NCBI GenBank assembly: GCA_035221665.1
Contig: CM069146.1
Span: 43,648,001-43,712,000, forward strand
Source of the DNA: Okamejei kenojei
Taxonomy: Eukaryota
DNA length: 64,000 bases
Reading direction: 5' to 3'
Shown here: piece by piece, positions 47,950-60,491 of the stretch
How positions within the stretch are numbered: the first letter of the stretch is position 1
Layout: every line of letters starts with the position of its first letter
The notes under the pieces: model-generated
Database searches by the model: none
The model's input: the letters and a program-made list of their open reading frames with translations, nothing else
What the model was told of the DNA's origin: nothing
Position numbers and translations under genes: made by a program

Positions 47950-49672
47950 AAAGGGAGGTAGAGAGAGAGAGGGAGGAGACAGGGGGGAGGAGAGGGGGGG
48001 GGGGGGTGACAGGAGAGAGAGGGGAGAGACAGAGGGGGGTGTTATGGGGAGAGAGAAGAGGGGGGGGGGAGAGGGGAGGAGTGTGAGGTGGAGAGGGGGG
48101 GAAGAGAGAGAGCGAAGAAAGAGGGAAGACGAGAGAGGGAGTGGAGAGGCTATGAGAGAATGGGGAGAGAGGGGGGGGAAAGAGAGAGCGAGGGGAAAGG
48201 CGGAAAGAGAAAAAAACGGGGGAAAGAGAGGGAGATGGGGGGCAAAGAGAAATAGGAGCTAGAGGAGAAAGAGAGAGGGGGAGAGAGCAAGGGGCCAGAG
48301 TGAGGTGGGAGGGAGAAATGGGGGAGAGAGAGGGGGAGAGAGAGGATGAGAGACGGATGGTGAGGGGAGGAGGGAAGAGAGGAGAGGAGTGAGAGAGGAA
48401 AGAGAGGAGGGAGTGTGAGAGAGGGGAAGAGAGAATGTGGAGAGGGAGAGAGATGGGGGAGAGAGAGGGGAGAGAGAGGAGGGAGTGAGAGAAAAAAAGA
48501 GAGAGAGAGGGGAAGCGAGGGGGAGAGAGAGGAGGAGAGAGGAAGAGGGGGAGAGAGAGGAGAGAGAGAGTGGGAGGGGGAGAGAGAGGAGAAGAGAGAG
48601 AGAGAGGGGAGTGAGAGGGGAGAGAGAGGGGGAGAGAGAGGGGGAGAAAGAGAGAGAGGGGAGGAGGAGAGAGAGGGGGAGAGGAGGAGAGGGGAGAGAG
48701 GGAGAGGGGGCGGGGATGNNNNNNNNNNNNNNNNNNNNNNNNNNNNNNNNNNNNNNNNNNNNNNNNNNNNNNNNNNNNNNNNNNNNNNNNNNNNNNNNNN
48801 NNNNNNNNNNNNNNNNNNNNNNNNNNNNNNNNNNNNNNNNNNNNNNGAGGGGGAGAGAGAGGGGAGAGGAGAGAGAGAGACAGGGAAGAAGAGGGAGGGG
48901 GAAGAGAGAGAGAATGGGGGAGAGAGAGAGGAGAGAGAGGAGAGGGGGGAGAGAGGAGAGAGAGGAGGGAGGAGAGGGGGGAGAGAAGAGAGGGGGAGAG
49001 GAGAGAGGAGGGAGGGGGAGAGGGAGGGGAGTGAGTTTGAGGGGAGAGAGGAGAGGGAGAGAGAGAGAGGGGAGGGGAGAGGGGAGGGTGTGGGAGAGAG
49101 AGGGGGAGAGAGGGGAGAGGGGGAGAGAGGGGGAGAGAGGGGAGGTGAGGGGGGAGGGTGTGAGGGGGGAGAGTGAGGGGGAGAGAGAGAGGGGAGAGAG
49201 AGAGAGGAAGAGAGGGGAGGGGAGAAGGAGAGAGGNNNNNNNNNNNNNNNNNNNNNNNNNNNNNNNNNNNNNNNNNNNNNNNNNNNNNNNNNNNNNNNNN
49301 NNNNNNNNNNNNNNNNNNNNNNNNNNNNNNNNNNNNNNNNNNNNNNNNNNNNNNNNNNNNNNNNNNNNNNAGAGGGGGTGAGGAGGAGAGAGAGCAGAAG
49401 AGAGGGGGGAGAGAGAGGGATGAGAGTGAGCTGGGAGGGAGGGAGAGCGGGGGAGCAAAAGAGAGGTGAGGGGAGAGAGGAGGAGAGAGAGAGAGGGGGA
49501 CAGAGAGAGAGGAGAGAGTGGGGGAGAGTGAGAGGGGGAGAGAGAGGAGGGAGGAGAGAGAGAGGGAGAGAGAGAGAGAGGGGGAGAGAGAGAGGGGGCA
49601 GAGAGGGGGGGGAGAGAGGGGGGGTGGGGAGGGGGGGGAGAGAGAGAGGGGGGAGAGAGGGGGATAAAGAGG
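47950..49672. repeat. About 1.7-kb polypurine (G/A) low-complexity tract with two assembly gaps
   Basis: Almost purely G/A on the + strand; N runs at 48719-48845 and 49236-49370. Confidence 0.98.
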
Positions 49673-50165
49673 CAGGGCTGCCAACTCCCATGCACTGAGC
49701 GTGAGAAACACGCATTTCGCCAAATTCTCACGCTGATCACAAATTTCTCACGCTCTATTGTGAGAAATTCTGTGATGAACGAAAGATTTCAAAATTCATA
49801 TCAACTGCATGGGCCATGGGTGTTGGAAGCAGAAGCAGCGACGGGGACAGATGCGGACGGGGAGCGGGTCTAGCGAGTGTTTGCCGGGCTGGCGAGTCGC
49901 CCACTGCAGCTCCGACCATGGAGCAGCCTCAGTGCAAGGCGTCGGAAGAGTTGCGCCGCTGCCGTGAGAGTCTCTGTGCCACATTCGCCCAGGTGACCGG
50001 CATGGATCAGGCTGCTGCTCGGTGCATCCTGGAGGACAACCAGTGGCTGCTGGAAGTAAGTACCAGGCACTGGGTAGAAACGGTGGAAGATAGTGGACTT
50101 CAAGTGGGGGTGGTTGGAGAAAGCATCCTGCTTGCCTGCTCGATTTTCACTTACTGTAACTGCAG
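49673..50165 (+). mobile_element. DNA-transposon-like (hAT-like) left end, copy B, carrying the TDP2-like exon and intron start
   Basis: Starts CAGGGCTGCCAAC with the same subterminal repeats as copy A; right boundary unresolved. Confidence 0.6.
49918..50055 (+). pseudogene. TDP2: TDP2 (tyrosyl-DNA phosphodiesterase 2)-like exon-1 fragment encoding the N-terminal UBA-like domain
   Basis: ACCATGG Kozak; MEQPQCKASEELRRCRESLCATFAQVTGMDQAAARCILEDNQWLLE aligns with human TDP2 RRLLCVEFASVASCDAAVAQCFLAENDWEME (recalled sequence); phase-0 donor GTAAGT at 50056-50061; no downstream exon recognised. Confidence 0.75.
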
Positions 50166-50503
50166 GAAAAATGTTCCCGATGTTGGGGGAGTTCAGAACC
50201 AGGGGTCACAGTTTAAGAATAAGGGGTAGGCCAGTTAGGACTGAGATGAGGACAAACTTTCTTCACGAAGAGAGTTGTGACTCTGTAGAATTCTCTGCCA
50301 CGGAAGGCGGTGCAGGCCAATTCACTGGATGTTTTCAAGAGAGAGTTACATTTAGCTCACAAAATCAAGGGATATGGGGAAAAGGTGAAGAGGGACAGGA
50401 AAGAGGTACTGATTCTAGATGAATAGCCATGATCATATTGAATAGCAGTGCTGGCTCGAAGGGCCGATGGACTATTCCTGCACCTACTTTCTACGTTTCT
50501 ATG
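50166..50503 (+). mobile_element. CR1 3' fragment
   Basis: GKMFPMLGEFRTRGHSLRIRGRPVRTEMR plus 3'UTR and tttctacgtttctatg tail. Confidence 0.9.
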
Positions 50504-50573
50504 CTTGAGTATATGGCAATAAAACTCGATCACTTGATTTTGAAGCATTCATGCATGGTGGAGGTATAATGTG

Positions 50574-50765
50574 GTCATAGAGTGATACAGTGTGAAAACA
50601 GGCCCTTCAGCGCAACTTGCCCACACCCGCCAACATGTCCCAGCTACACTACCTACTTATTGGTCCATACCTCCAAACCTGTCCTATCCATGTATCAGTC
50701 TAACTGTTTCTTAAATGTTGGGATGGTCCCTGCCTCAACTACCTCTTCTCTGGCAAGCTTGTTCA
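50574..50765 (-). mobile_element. CR1 3' end fragment
   Basis: gtcatagagtgatacagtgtg..caggccctt..cctgcctcaactacctc. Confidence 0.8.
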
Positions 50766-50784
50766 GTATGTACAGTATGTAAAG

Positions 50785-51548
50785 GTGATCCCACCACTAG
50801 CCATCTCCAGCCCTTTCTAATATCCACAGGGACTATTCTCTCCGCAACTCCCTGGTTAACTTGTCTCTTCTCACCCAAACCACCCCCTCCCCAGGCATTT
50901 TCCCCAGCAACCGCAGGAGATGCAACGACTGTCCCTATATCTCCCCCCTCAACTCTGCCTAAAGACCACAACTGTCCTTTCAGGTGAGGTAGAGGTTCAC
51001 CTGTACCTGCTTCAACGCATCCATTGTATCCGCTGTTCCAGGTGTGGGCTCCTATATATCGGGCTGAACCTACCTGATCTCCCAGTTGCTAAACACTTCA
51101 ACTCCCCTCCCATTCCCACACTGACTTTTCTGTCCTACAGTGTCAGAGTGAGGCCCAGCACAAATTAGAGAAACAAACACCTCATATTTCGCTTGGGCAG
51201 CTTGCACCTCGGCAGTATGAATATTGACTTTTCTAACTTCAAGTGCCCCTTGCTTTCCCTCTCTCTCCATCCCTCCCACCTTCCCAGTTCTCCGGCCAGT
51301 CTGACTGTCCTCGTTTACATTTTCTCTCTGTTTGCTTTGTTGCTACCTTCTCCAAGCTAACAATCATCTATTCTATATTTTTCTTGATCCCCATCCCTGT
51401 TGTCTCATTTTCACACCTTACACTTTCTTATCTCTCTCTCCCCTGACTCAGTCTGAAGAAGGGTCTTGACCTGAAATGTCACCCATTCATTCTATCCAGA
51501 GATGCTGCCTGTCCCGCTGAGTTACTCCAGCATTTTGTGTGTATCTAT
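50785..51548 (+). mobile_element. Penelope-like element 3' part: GIY-YIG endonuclease remnant plus terminal repeat
   Basis: FP.NRRRC.DCPYI..FQVR.RFTC..IHCIRCSRCGLLYIG..LPVAKHFNSP..HLIFRLGSLH..MNIDFSNFK. Confidence 0.92.
51453..51480 (+). ncRNA. Minimal type I hammerhead ribozyme core in a Penelope terminal repeat
   Basis: CUGAAGA-A-GGGUC-UU-GACCU-GAAAU-GUC, in sense orientation downstream of the GIY-YIG remnant. Confidence 0.7.
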
Positions 51549-51920
51549 AGGGTATGGGGTGTGAGTATACAATTTACCTAACTTTGTGAATAAAGTTGGA
51601 AGGAACATTCTCGAAACAAGGAAAACATCATTACATGTCATTCAGAAGGAGCTGGTTCTGATTACATGAAAAAAAATGTGCTGAATATGGAAGGTAGATT
51701 GGAGATGAGAAAATTAGATATTTGAGAGATGGTGTTGCATAGTAGCCAAGAAATATTTTGTAAGAGCTTGAAACATGTTTGGAGAAGTTTGTAATCTTAG
51801 CACAAAAGCATCCATTGGTGAGGAAAATTAGAGTTTCACCAGATGCCAAAGATAAATGCACAATGGAAGAGGTGACAGAGAAAAATTGAGGTATTAATGG
51901 TGAATCTTCAGTGAATCCTG

Positions 51921-52057
51921 GGGGTGGAAGATTACAACCTTCACGTGGTCCGCCCTGTTTCGACTAATGCAATCAACTCGACGTGCACAAACAGAAGATC
52001 AAATAGAACAAGTTGTCCAACAACTTTAGGCTGTGCACGCCACACAAAAGAGGAAGA
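51921..52057 (+). mobile_element. 137-bp retroposed insert with an (AAG)n-like tail and 11-bp TSD (possibly RTE-related)
   Basis: AGTGAATCCTG at 51910-51920 and 52058-52068; tail aagaggaaga. Confidence 0.8.
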
Positions 52058-53379
52058 AGTGAATCCTGAAATTAATGCAACATCTGCAGCATTTCTTAAC
52101 CTCCAGAAGGAAATAAAGCAACATTGAAACCAGTGAGGAGGTTGAACAGAATTTAAAAATAAAACAGGGAAACTTGAAAGCATGTAAATGTGATTAAGCA
52201 AGTTTTACACTTTTTAAATGGAAAAGCAGGATATATTGCAGAATTCCAAACAATGCAGTGAGATAGTACCAGAGATTAAGCATCTGCAAATGTGAAGCTT
52301 ATTTTAAGAGGACCATTCTTTGCATTCGTCACCTCAGGGTCTGAGCAGGAAGCCGTTTGTCTGTTGCCTATCTTTAAAAAAAATGAGAATATTCTGTCGA
52401 ATGGAGCAATATTTATTACATCATTAAACATAATTCATACACTGAAATACAATCACAAATGCTGTGAACTGGCCCCGAAACAGGGCGAGCGATATTGAGC
52501 AAGAGAATGATGGTGGTGTATTACATTAACAAGGTCGCCCTCTGGTGTTTTCTTTAAAAAATGGTAGACACTTTGTTTGCAGGTCAGATATGAACTAAAG
52601 TGAATTACTGTGAGGAAAAAAAAATAGGCAATGTTAGCTTGATTTCATTGCTGGTTCAAAATAAATCACAGTCATGCTAATACTACACATTAAAAGACAC
52701 AAGAACATGGGAGAAGCTCCTTAAACCAAACATGGATACGTAACAAATCAATGAAATAAACTGAGAGATGTTCCACTTAAGTAAACTAAAGTCCAAGTTA
52801 AATGAGTCACTTTAAACATTACTTCTACAAATCTTGAAATAGAAATGATTTGGAGCAATACAATATCTAAGGGGCGAGAGCAGATAACCATGTCAGTTAA
52901 CACGAGAGACAAGAAGGAAAGTAACGTGGGCACCCGGAGAATGGGACTTTGGGCAACATTTTACCAGCTAGATGATTTTAGAGAGTGATTGGGATAGAGG
53001 AGAAATAAGCAATAATGTTCGAATTATATTGGTGCTTGGACTAATGTTTCAGATTGGTTATGAATTAGTTTACCATTACTGATTACATTAGTGGATATAC
53101 TGTAGATTGCATCACTTCCTTAAATGTACTTCAGTCATCCATTCCTTCCAACCTTTAATCCTATTGTTTCATGATGGTTTTGCTCCCATCAAATTACTTC
53201 AATTTATATTTTTCCTCAGCAGCACTAATCATTGCCTTACCTTGTTGACACAATACATGCAAAATAAAGTTTTAAAAAATACCAAAAGAAAAACCCCTCT
53301 GTCCCTGGGCAATGTTTTAATTACAGGTAGGTGACATCCCAAGAAATAGCCTAACATGGTGCAATGATTCATCTTGTCG

Positions 53380-53625
53380 ATCTCCAGTGATCTGGACCTG
53401 ACCTCCCACACTATCTGTGTGGAGTTTTGCATCGTGTGACCATGTGGATATGCTCCAGGTGTTCTGGTTTCCTCTCACATCCCAACATCTTGAAGGTTGG
53501 CAGGTTAATTCATGGCAGTGCGGGAAAATAAAATAGGATGAATTTCATGTTTGTGCAAATCAGTGCATGACGGTTGTCGTAGACTCGGTGCACTGAGTGG
53601 TCATTGTCCACACTGTATCGCTCCC
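53380..53625 (+). mobile_element. Old V-SINE
   Basis: tctgtgtggagttttgca..gtgaccatgtgg..ggtttcctctcacatccc..ggttaatt. Confidence 0.7.
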
Positions 53626-54506
53626 TGACCCTTTGAAAATTGAATGCCATCCTTTTTTTTTCCAAATGCCAAACTTGAAGTCACAATTGTTTAAAGTCAT
53701 CGTTGTTTAAAGGATGTAAATCATGACATTGCTTTCTTGAAGAGCTACTTGAACCCAACCTGCGCGCTTCTAACATTCTGCTGTTGCATAGACTTGCGGC
53801 AGCATTGATACCCCCACGCTTGGCTGGTGCTATGCAATGGATTTCTCTTTGTAAGTTTCAGATCATCAGCAAGGTCATGTCAAAGGAATTGTGTTTATGG
53901 AGGAGGAAGGAAATCATTTTAAAAAAAACAGCAGTGCGAGGGAGAGAAGAAAGAGATCTCACGAGTTGCCAGCAGGCTTCGGCTCTGAGTACGGATTTGG
54001 TTGACCATGCTCTCGGGTTGTAGCCTCCTGAGTCTCTTTATACAACCGTAGCATCAGCTGACAGATGGAAGCATCTACAATTTGTGAAGCCTTATTCTGC
54101 ATCCAGGGCTGCCTGCAATGGATTTTAATTTAAATAAAATTACACGAAATTAGGTTTAACATAAGAAAACAATACCATAAGGGGCAGAACACATTAAAAC
54201 AACTAATTTTCAATATAATGTCTTTCTTGTTGAACCTTATGATGATTATGTAGGCAGCTGATCAAGGATTTTTTGAGGCGGTTTCTATGTATCAACAGTA
54301 TGCTCATTGACGGCAGTTCATGAACAAAAATGCCTGGTCAGCGATATTGGCATTCTGCAGAATTCTGATAGGAAATAGTCATAGATTATTCCAGCATGGG
54401 AACAGGCCCTTCAGCCCATCACATCCACACTGACCAAGATGCCTTTTCTAAGCTTGTCCCATTTGCTCTGAACTAGTCCCTAATGACCAGCCAAAATTTC
54501 TGATGG

Positions 54507-54659
54507 TCGACAAAAATGCTGGAGAAACTCAGCGGGTGAGGCAGCATCTTTGGAGTGAAGCCTATTTCCTTCGCTCCATAGATGTTGCCTCACCCACTGA
54601 GTTTCTCCAGCATTTTTGTCTACCTTCGATTTTCCAGCATCTGCAGTTCCTTCTTAAAC
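54507..54659. mobile_element. Penelope-derived fold-back insert with a 13-bp TSD
   Basis: AAATTTCTGATGG at 54494-54506 and 54660-54672; about 50-bp inverted arms. Confidence 0.88.
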
Positions 54660-55489
54660 AAATTTCTGATGGGTAGCATTTCACCAGAAACTGTATGGAA
54701 ATTGTGCAAAGGGTGCCAGAGAAGCACAAAATGTATCCTCGGGCATTGAGGTTGTGTACCAAGCAGGTGCAGTAACAAAATGAATGAACCAGATTAATAA
54801 TCTTTTATTAAATTTGTATTTCTGAAAAAGTGTTGAAGGAGAAAAATGATTTGGTTCAGTATGTTAAAACAATGTGTTTCTGCAGTTTAACTTCCATTCA
54901 CAGTACTTGTGGCAGGAGCTCCCCCGACTCTTTATGGCCCCAGTCAATATATTCAAGGGATACAAAAATTGTCTCTATGTCCACAGGCCATAGATTAAAT
55001 GATTTATCTAATGCTCCTGCTCTTAATTGGCGCCTAGTGATTTGTGTTCAAAATTAGGCAGGAGTAAAGCATGAAGTACACATAAGATCTGATTGCTTGA
55101 GCTGTGATATTCCCTCCTGTCAAGTATTTTGCCAGCATTATTGCCTGACTTTGAGTGGAAAATGGGAGAGATGTCATGGGAGTGTAAGATTTTAGGTAAG
55201 ACACAGCTGCCAAGAGAAAAGGGCATTCTTAACATGTTTAAAACATTTTGGGAGCTGAGCATAATTTATGCCAAATTAGGTACTAAATTTGGTGTTCCTA
55301 CCAACGTGATATGGTGTTGAAGTGAAAAAAAAAAAATCTGTACATTTTTTCTTACACTCTCAGCATGTTCCTAAGCCAATAATGCACGTTTAAAGCTGTA
55401 GTTACTTGTATTACAATCTTTGCAGAGAAGGCCCCATTGATCAGAAATGTGATGATTTTGTAATTTGCTTTAGTGACATTCTCAGCTTG

Positions 55490-55879
55490 TTTTTTTTTGC
55501 GTTTTTTAAAAAATATTTGTATTTATTAGAGGTACAGTAAGTTACATCAGTGTACATCCCATATGTTTTATTACAATCATTGTACCCCTTCATTTTTTTA
55601 AGGCTTTTAGAGAGAAAAAAAGAATAGAAATAGAGAAAGTAGAGAAAGTGAAAAAGAATTGTTAAAGTGAAGAAGCGTGCCAAAGGAAAAGAAAAAAAAA
55701 ACAAAAAAATAAACCCCAGTCAAAGTGTTAGAGAAAGAAGATTAAGAGATAGACCCTAGGAAAAAAAAAGAGAAGAAAAAAGGAAAAGCCAATTACTTTA
55801 TTATAAACATCACACAAAGGAATCTACCAACTCGACAGTTTTTCGTCCCCCTTTACCAAGACCCGACGCCGGTACCTTT
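55490..55879 (-). mobile_element. Poly(A)-tailed retroposed insert (L1/Tx1-like 3'UTR) with TSD
   Basis: Minus strand has AATAAA then an A-rich tail; ACATTCTCAGCT at 55476-55487 and 55880-55891. Confidence 0.8.
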
Positions 55880-57839
55880 ACATTCTCAGCTGTTAAACAT
55901 CATTACAAAGGCATTCACTTAGCCTTTGCTAACTTAATTTTGTGAAAATATAGGAATATATGATACCTGTGTCTTAAAAATTAACAGGATGTGTATTTTC
56001 TTATCTACGTGTATTTCTGACAATAGGTATAACAGTTTGACATGATTATTTCAGTTTATTTGAAGATGCATAGAACTATAAATTATTTCTCAATTAGGAA
56101 ATTGAAGAAATTATCGTATAGACATTAACTGAGATATTTTAGATTTTTCTTTTTGCCAAAGTGAATTGAGGTCAGTTTTATCTAGCAGATTCCATCTGTC
56201 CACTAGGAACTGAATTAAGACAACCCTAAATCATTGCATTTAAATACCTCAAATAATTAATGGAAAGGCAAAACTTTAATCTTGCATCCCTCATCTTGTT
56301 AGAGTCCAAGATCCAAATAAGAATAATGCTGCATGTTTAATATCTCATCTACTCCCCCTGCAATCACAGCCGAAATATTCTCTGCAACGAACTTATCAGA
56401 GTTACTAAAAACATGGCGACATGGAACATAAAAAGATAGAATCAGTTATTAGTGTGTTTTTGTAACTTACGTGATTAAAGAAAAAAATCCTCTGATTCAC
56501 ATTCATATGCAAAAGATAAATTGCAGGGAGACCTGATGAGAAGTTGTTGAGAAGTTGTTGGTGGATTTTATTTCCACTAAAAATCGCCCCCCTCCCCAGC
56601 TTTACTGTACCTTAAAACAATTTTAAATTACTGCTCTGATTTCCTGCCACACCTCAAAAACATTGAAGTTGAAGTTTTAAAAAGTCGCAAAGTACTGGAG
56701 TAACTCAGCGGGTCAGGTAGCATCTCTGGAGAAAACGGACAGGCAATGTTTCGCATCAGGACCCATCTTCAGACTGGAATCAGTAAAGTACAATTCTAAA
56801 TGACAGAAATGACCTGGAAACAACGAGTAAAGTTTCAGAATTACATCATTCATGATTCCTGGTCCGGGGAGCAAAGTCATCCCAAGCACTGATCTTGCGG
56901 CCACTTCCACCATCTGTCATTTCTGATCTGAAGGCTGAGTGCTAGTGCTGATAAATTTCCTCCTCTGCTCTAGATCACATATAAAAATGAAATCATTCTG
57001 TTAGCAACAGTATATATCAGTAATACATAAGTTTCCAGCACTTCCTGGACTTAGTGGTGACTGTCATTTATAGGCATGTGGCTGAGTAATAGGCATGATA
57101 GTCTGTGTATTTAGCCACTGAGCAGAAGCTAGTAATGCAATATTGTAGTTTTCTGGTGTCTAACCATAGCAATGAGGTAGAGGAAATAAATATTTCTTGA
57201 GGCCTCATAGAAAATTCATAAGATGTTATTATTTCAAAAAGAGTTAGATCCATTGTTCAGGAGCCGGGAAAAGCACTTTCATTTTAATCTTTTCCTATCT
57301 TAGCTATTGCAGGCAACAGAGACAGTTATTTCATCAGTGAAGATTCAGATCACCTAACCCATTTTCTTGTCCTATTGAGTTTAAGTAGGAAATGTTATAT
57401 AGTTGTTCTTTGAATTGTTGTCATTGCCTTTGTCTTTTAAGAAGGATAATAACTAAAACCAGATACAACATCACAACTCTGGTACCATTTCCCAAGATAA
57501 CATCTCGTGGTGAGTTTGTGTAGCTGAGTATACTTCTTCCTTCAGTATATGAGACAATTATTTGGTTTAATTGTAACCAATATATGTAATCTACACAGCA
57601 TTGAGTACCAGGAATGTATATTAACAGCTTTTTTTCTTTAACTGCTGAAGTTGCTTTGATTGCAGAAAAAAACATTTACTCTTTTAAATGCTAGCGAGAA
57701 TAAAATGATAATTCCTATTGAAACATAAATTATTTGTACCTAGATCAAACATTAAAAGCAATTTTGAAAGTTAGATATATAGTCTATATTGAACATTCTA
57801 TACAGAGGAGCAGTATAGAATAAGCAAGGTAAAGATATC

Positions 57840-59055
57840 AGAAAAGTAACTCAACGGATCGGGCATCATCTCAGGAGAATGTCGATAGATGACATTTTGG
57901 GTCAGATTCCTTTTTCAAATTGATTATGGATGGGGGGGGGGGGGGAGGGGGAAGAAAGATAAATGAGAGGAAGGGCAGGACAAAGCCTGGCAAGTAAAAT
58001 ATACAGGTGAGGGGAGTTTATGATAGGCAGATGGTTGGACAAAGGCCAGAAATTAAAGTTGTGGGACAAAAGGATTGAAGAGTTGCAAATGGTGAAGCTT
58101 GAAAGGGGAAGGTGGAAGGGGAGGGAGAAGGGTCAAAATACTTGCAAGTCCAGGTCTGGCACAGGGGAGATGGGGGAGAATTAAAGGAGGTGGGGGGGGG
58201 GGGGGAGAATTATGAAATTATGAGGGAAGATGGGAGAAGGGGAGGTTGTTACCCAAAATTGAAGAATTCTGTGGTTATACCATTTGGCTGTAAACCACCC
58301 AAGCGGAATATGAGGTTATATTCCTTCAGTTTGCATGTGGCCTCAATCTGGCAATGGAGGAGACCAGGTCAGTAAAGGAATGGGAAGATAAGTTAAATTG
58401 ATTTTCAACCGGTGAGATCCAGTAGGCAAGTGTTCAACGAAACAGTCGCTGAGTCCACGTTTGCTCTCACTGATGTACAAGAGACCATATTGGGAACACT
58501 GGATGCAGTAGATGAGGTTAGAGGAAGTCCACGCCAACCTCTGTCTCACCTGGAATGACTGCTGGAGACCCCAAATGGAGATGAGGGAGGAGGTAGAGGG
58601 ACAATTGTTTCATCTTCTGCAGTTGCATTGGAAAGTAACTGGGGAAGATGTGGTTTCAGTGGGAGGGCATGAGCGAACCAAGGAGTTGTGGAGGGAGAAG
58701 TTTTTGCAGAAGGTGGAAAGAGGTGGAGATGGCAAGATGTGACTGGTGGTGGGACGACATTGGAGGTGATGGAAATGTTAGAGGATAATATGTTGGATGT
58801 GGAAGGTGGGTGGGCTGAAAGGTGAGGACCAGGGGAACTCTATCCTGGTTCTGTGTGGGAGGAGGGGGAGTGAGAGCAGAACTGCAGGACACTGAGGAGA
58901 CATGAGTGAGAAATCCATCTATGACTGCAGGAGGAAGCCACATTTACTAAAGAAAGAGAACATCTCGGATGTGCAGAGATGCTGCCTGACCCGCTGAGTT
59001 ACACAAGAACTTTGTGGGTTTTTTCATAAACCAACACCTGCAGTTCTTTTTGTCT
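57840..59055 (-). mobile_element. Penelope-like element 3' part with inverted terminal pieces
   Basis: DRVPLVLTFQP; RQRLAWTSSNLIYCIQCSQYGLLYISESKRGLSDCFVEHL (GIY-YIG); LIFRLGGLQPNG. Confidence 0.92.
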
Positions 59056-60491
59056 AAATATATGAGAGTATAGAAATCATTCATATTAACTTCAAGGCCC
59101 AACACTCCTCTCTAAGTCATCAGTGAATGTTTTATGATGAAATTGAAACCATTAAATATCCACATAGTTGTGATCTTAAATCTGACGTATAAGTGACATT
59201 CCATTATACTTTTCGGGAACTCCATGAGTGGAGGGAATTGTAGCAGAGGTCATCATAATATTCAAAATAGATGTGAGGCATCATGCAGAAAATTAAAGAC
59301 CAGTCAGCGGTCAGGAAAATGGCTAAACAGCTTTGACAGCCTTCCGTCATCATTCAACCAAAGGGCACAGAAACTATAAGGGAAATTTAGTTGAGCAGCA
59401 ATAGGTCACGGTTTTAGCAGCATTAGGTCATGCTTCATAAATCTACTGTAAGTGTCTGAGGAGCTAACCAGTAGAGTTAGAGACATGACCTTAGATTAAA
59501 ATTTAAATAATGTTATGGGTAATGGAAATATTAGCACCTTAGTTCACAGGATTGAACGCTTGCCAAATAGCATGTTTTGGAGCAGCACAAAAAATGGATG
59601 CCCTCTTTCAGAAGTAACAGGAACGTTGACTTAGGTCACATCTCTCTGTGTCTACAATTCATAATATTTCACACTGTGAATTTATTGTCAAAAATAAACA
59701 TGTTCAATGTCTTCAGCTATCTGCATGCAAGTGTTCTGACTTCCAATCTGCAAACATGAATTAGCTATTAGTTTCCTCGGCGATCAAGTCATTTAGAAGG
59801 CATGGATTTGGCTCAGGTTTAGCTCAGAGATAAAGCTCGCCAAAGCCCTCCAATTCTTGCATAGAAATTCACCAGATTCCTGTGTGGATTTTTCATTTCC
59901 TGATGTGAGTTGCTGTTGTTCAACAAGGGGATCCATAGCAACAACACTGGCAACTGAGCCGACTGATCAGCTGGAGTACTCAGCCAGGAAATAAAATGCT
60001 CTTGGGTTTTTTTTAACAGACATAACTATATGAGAGTTTAAAAGTTTTGATTAGTACTATACTTTTAAACATTCACACAATTATATCTGTGATATACTGA
60101 ACATTAAAGTGGATTTAAAATATCATTAATGACTATTAAGTAAAAATAAGTTTTGCACAATTGGATTTATTTTCACCCTGCAGCAACTTATCCAGAGGAG
60201 AAATAGTACTCCAGTGCATGCAATAAAACTCACTATATTGTCATAACAGTGGTGAAGAGACCTCATTTGGTTGGCCATGTTGCTGCTTTGCTTTTGCCTT
60301 AACTTCTCATGCTAAAATTATTCGTATTAATGGTAAAGAAAAGTGCTTTCTAAATAAAACTGAAAACTATGAAATTTTGAACTTTGACTTCCAAAAGCAA
60401 AACACAAACTGCTGAAGTAACTCAGCAGGTAAGGCAGCATCTGCGGAGGAAAGAAACAGACTGATTCCAACAATTTCTTATGTGCGTGCAT

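Noticed and set aside
47948-49740. Long ORFs of 250-590 aa (Leu/Ser/Pro-rich or Glu/Arg/Gly-rich)
   Set aside because: Artefacts of the GA/CT low-complexity tract and N gaps, which contain almost no stop codons.
53730-53765. LKSYLNPT as a possible TDP2 exon 2 (RALNSYFEP-like)
   Set aside because: Similarity is weak, there is no suitable acceptor in phase, and nothing downstream resembles TDP2.
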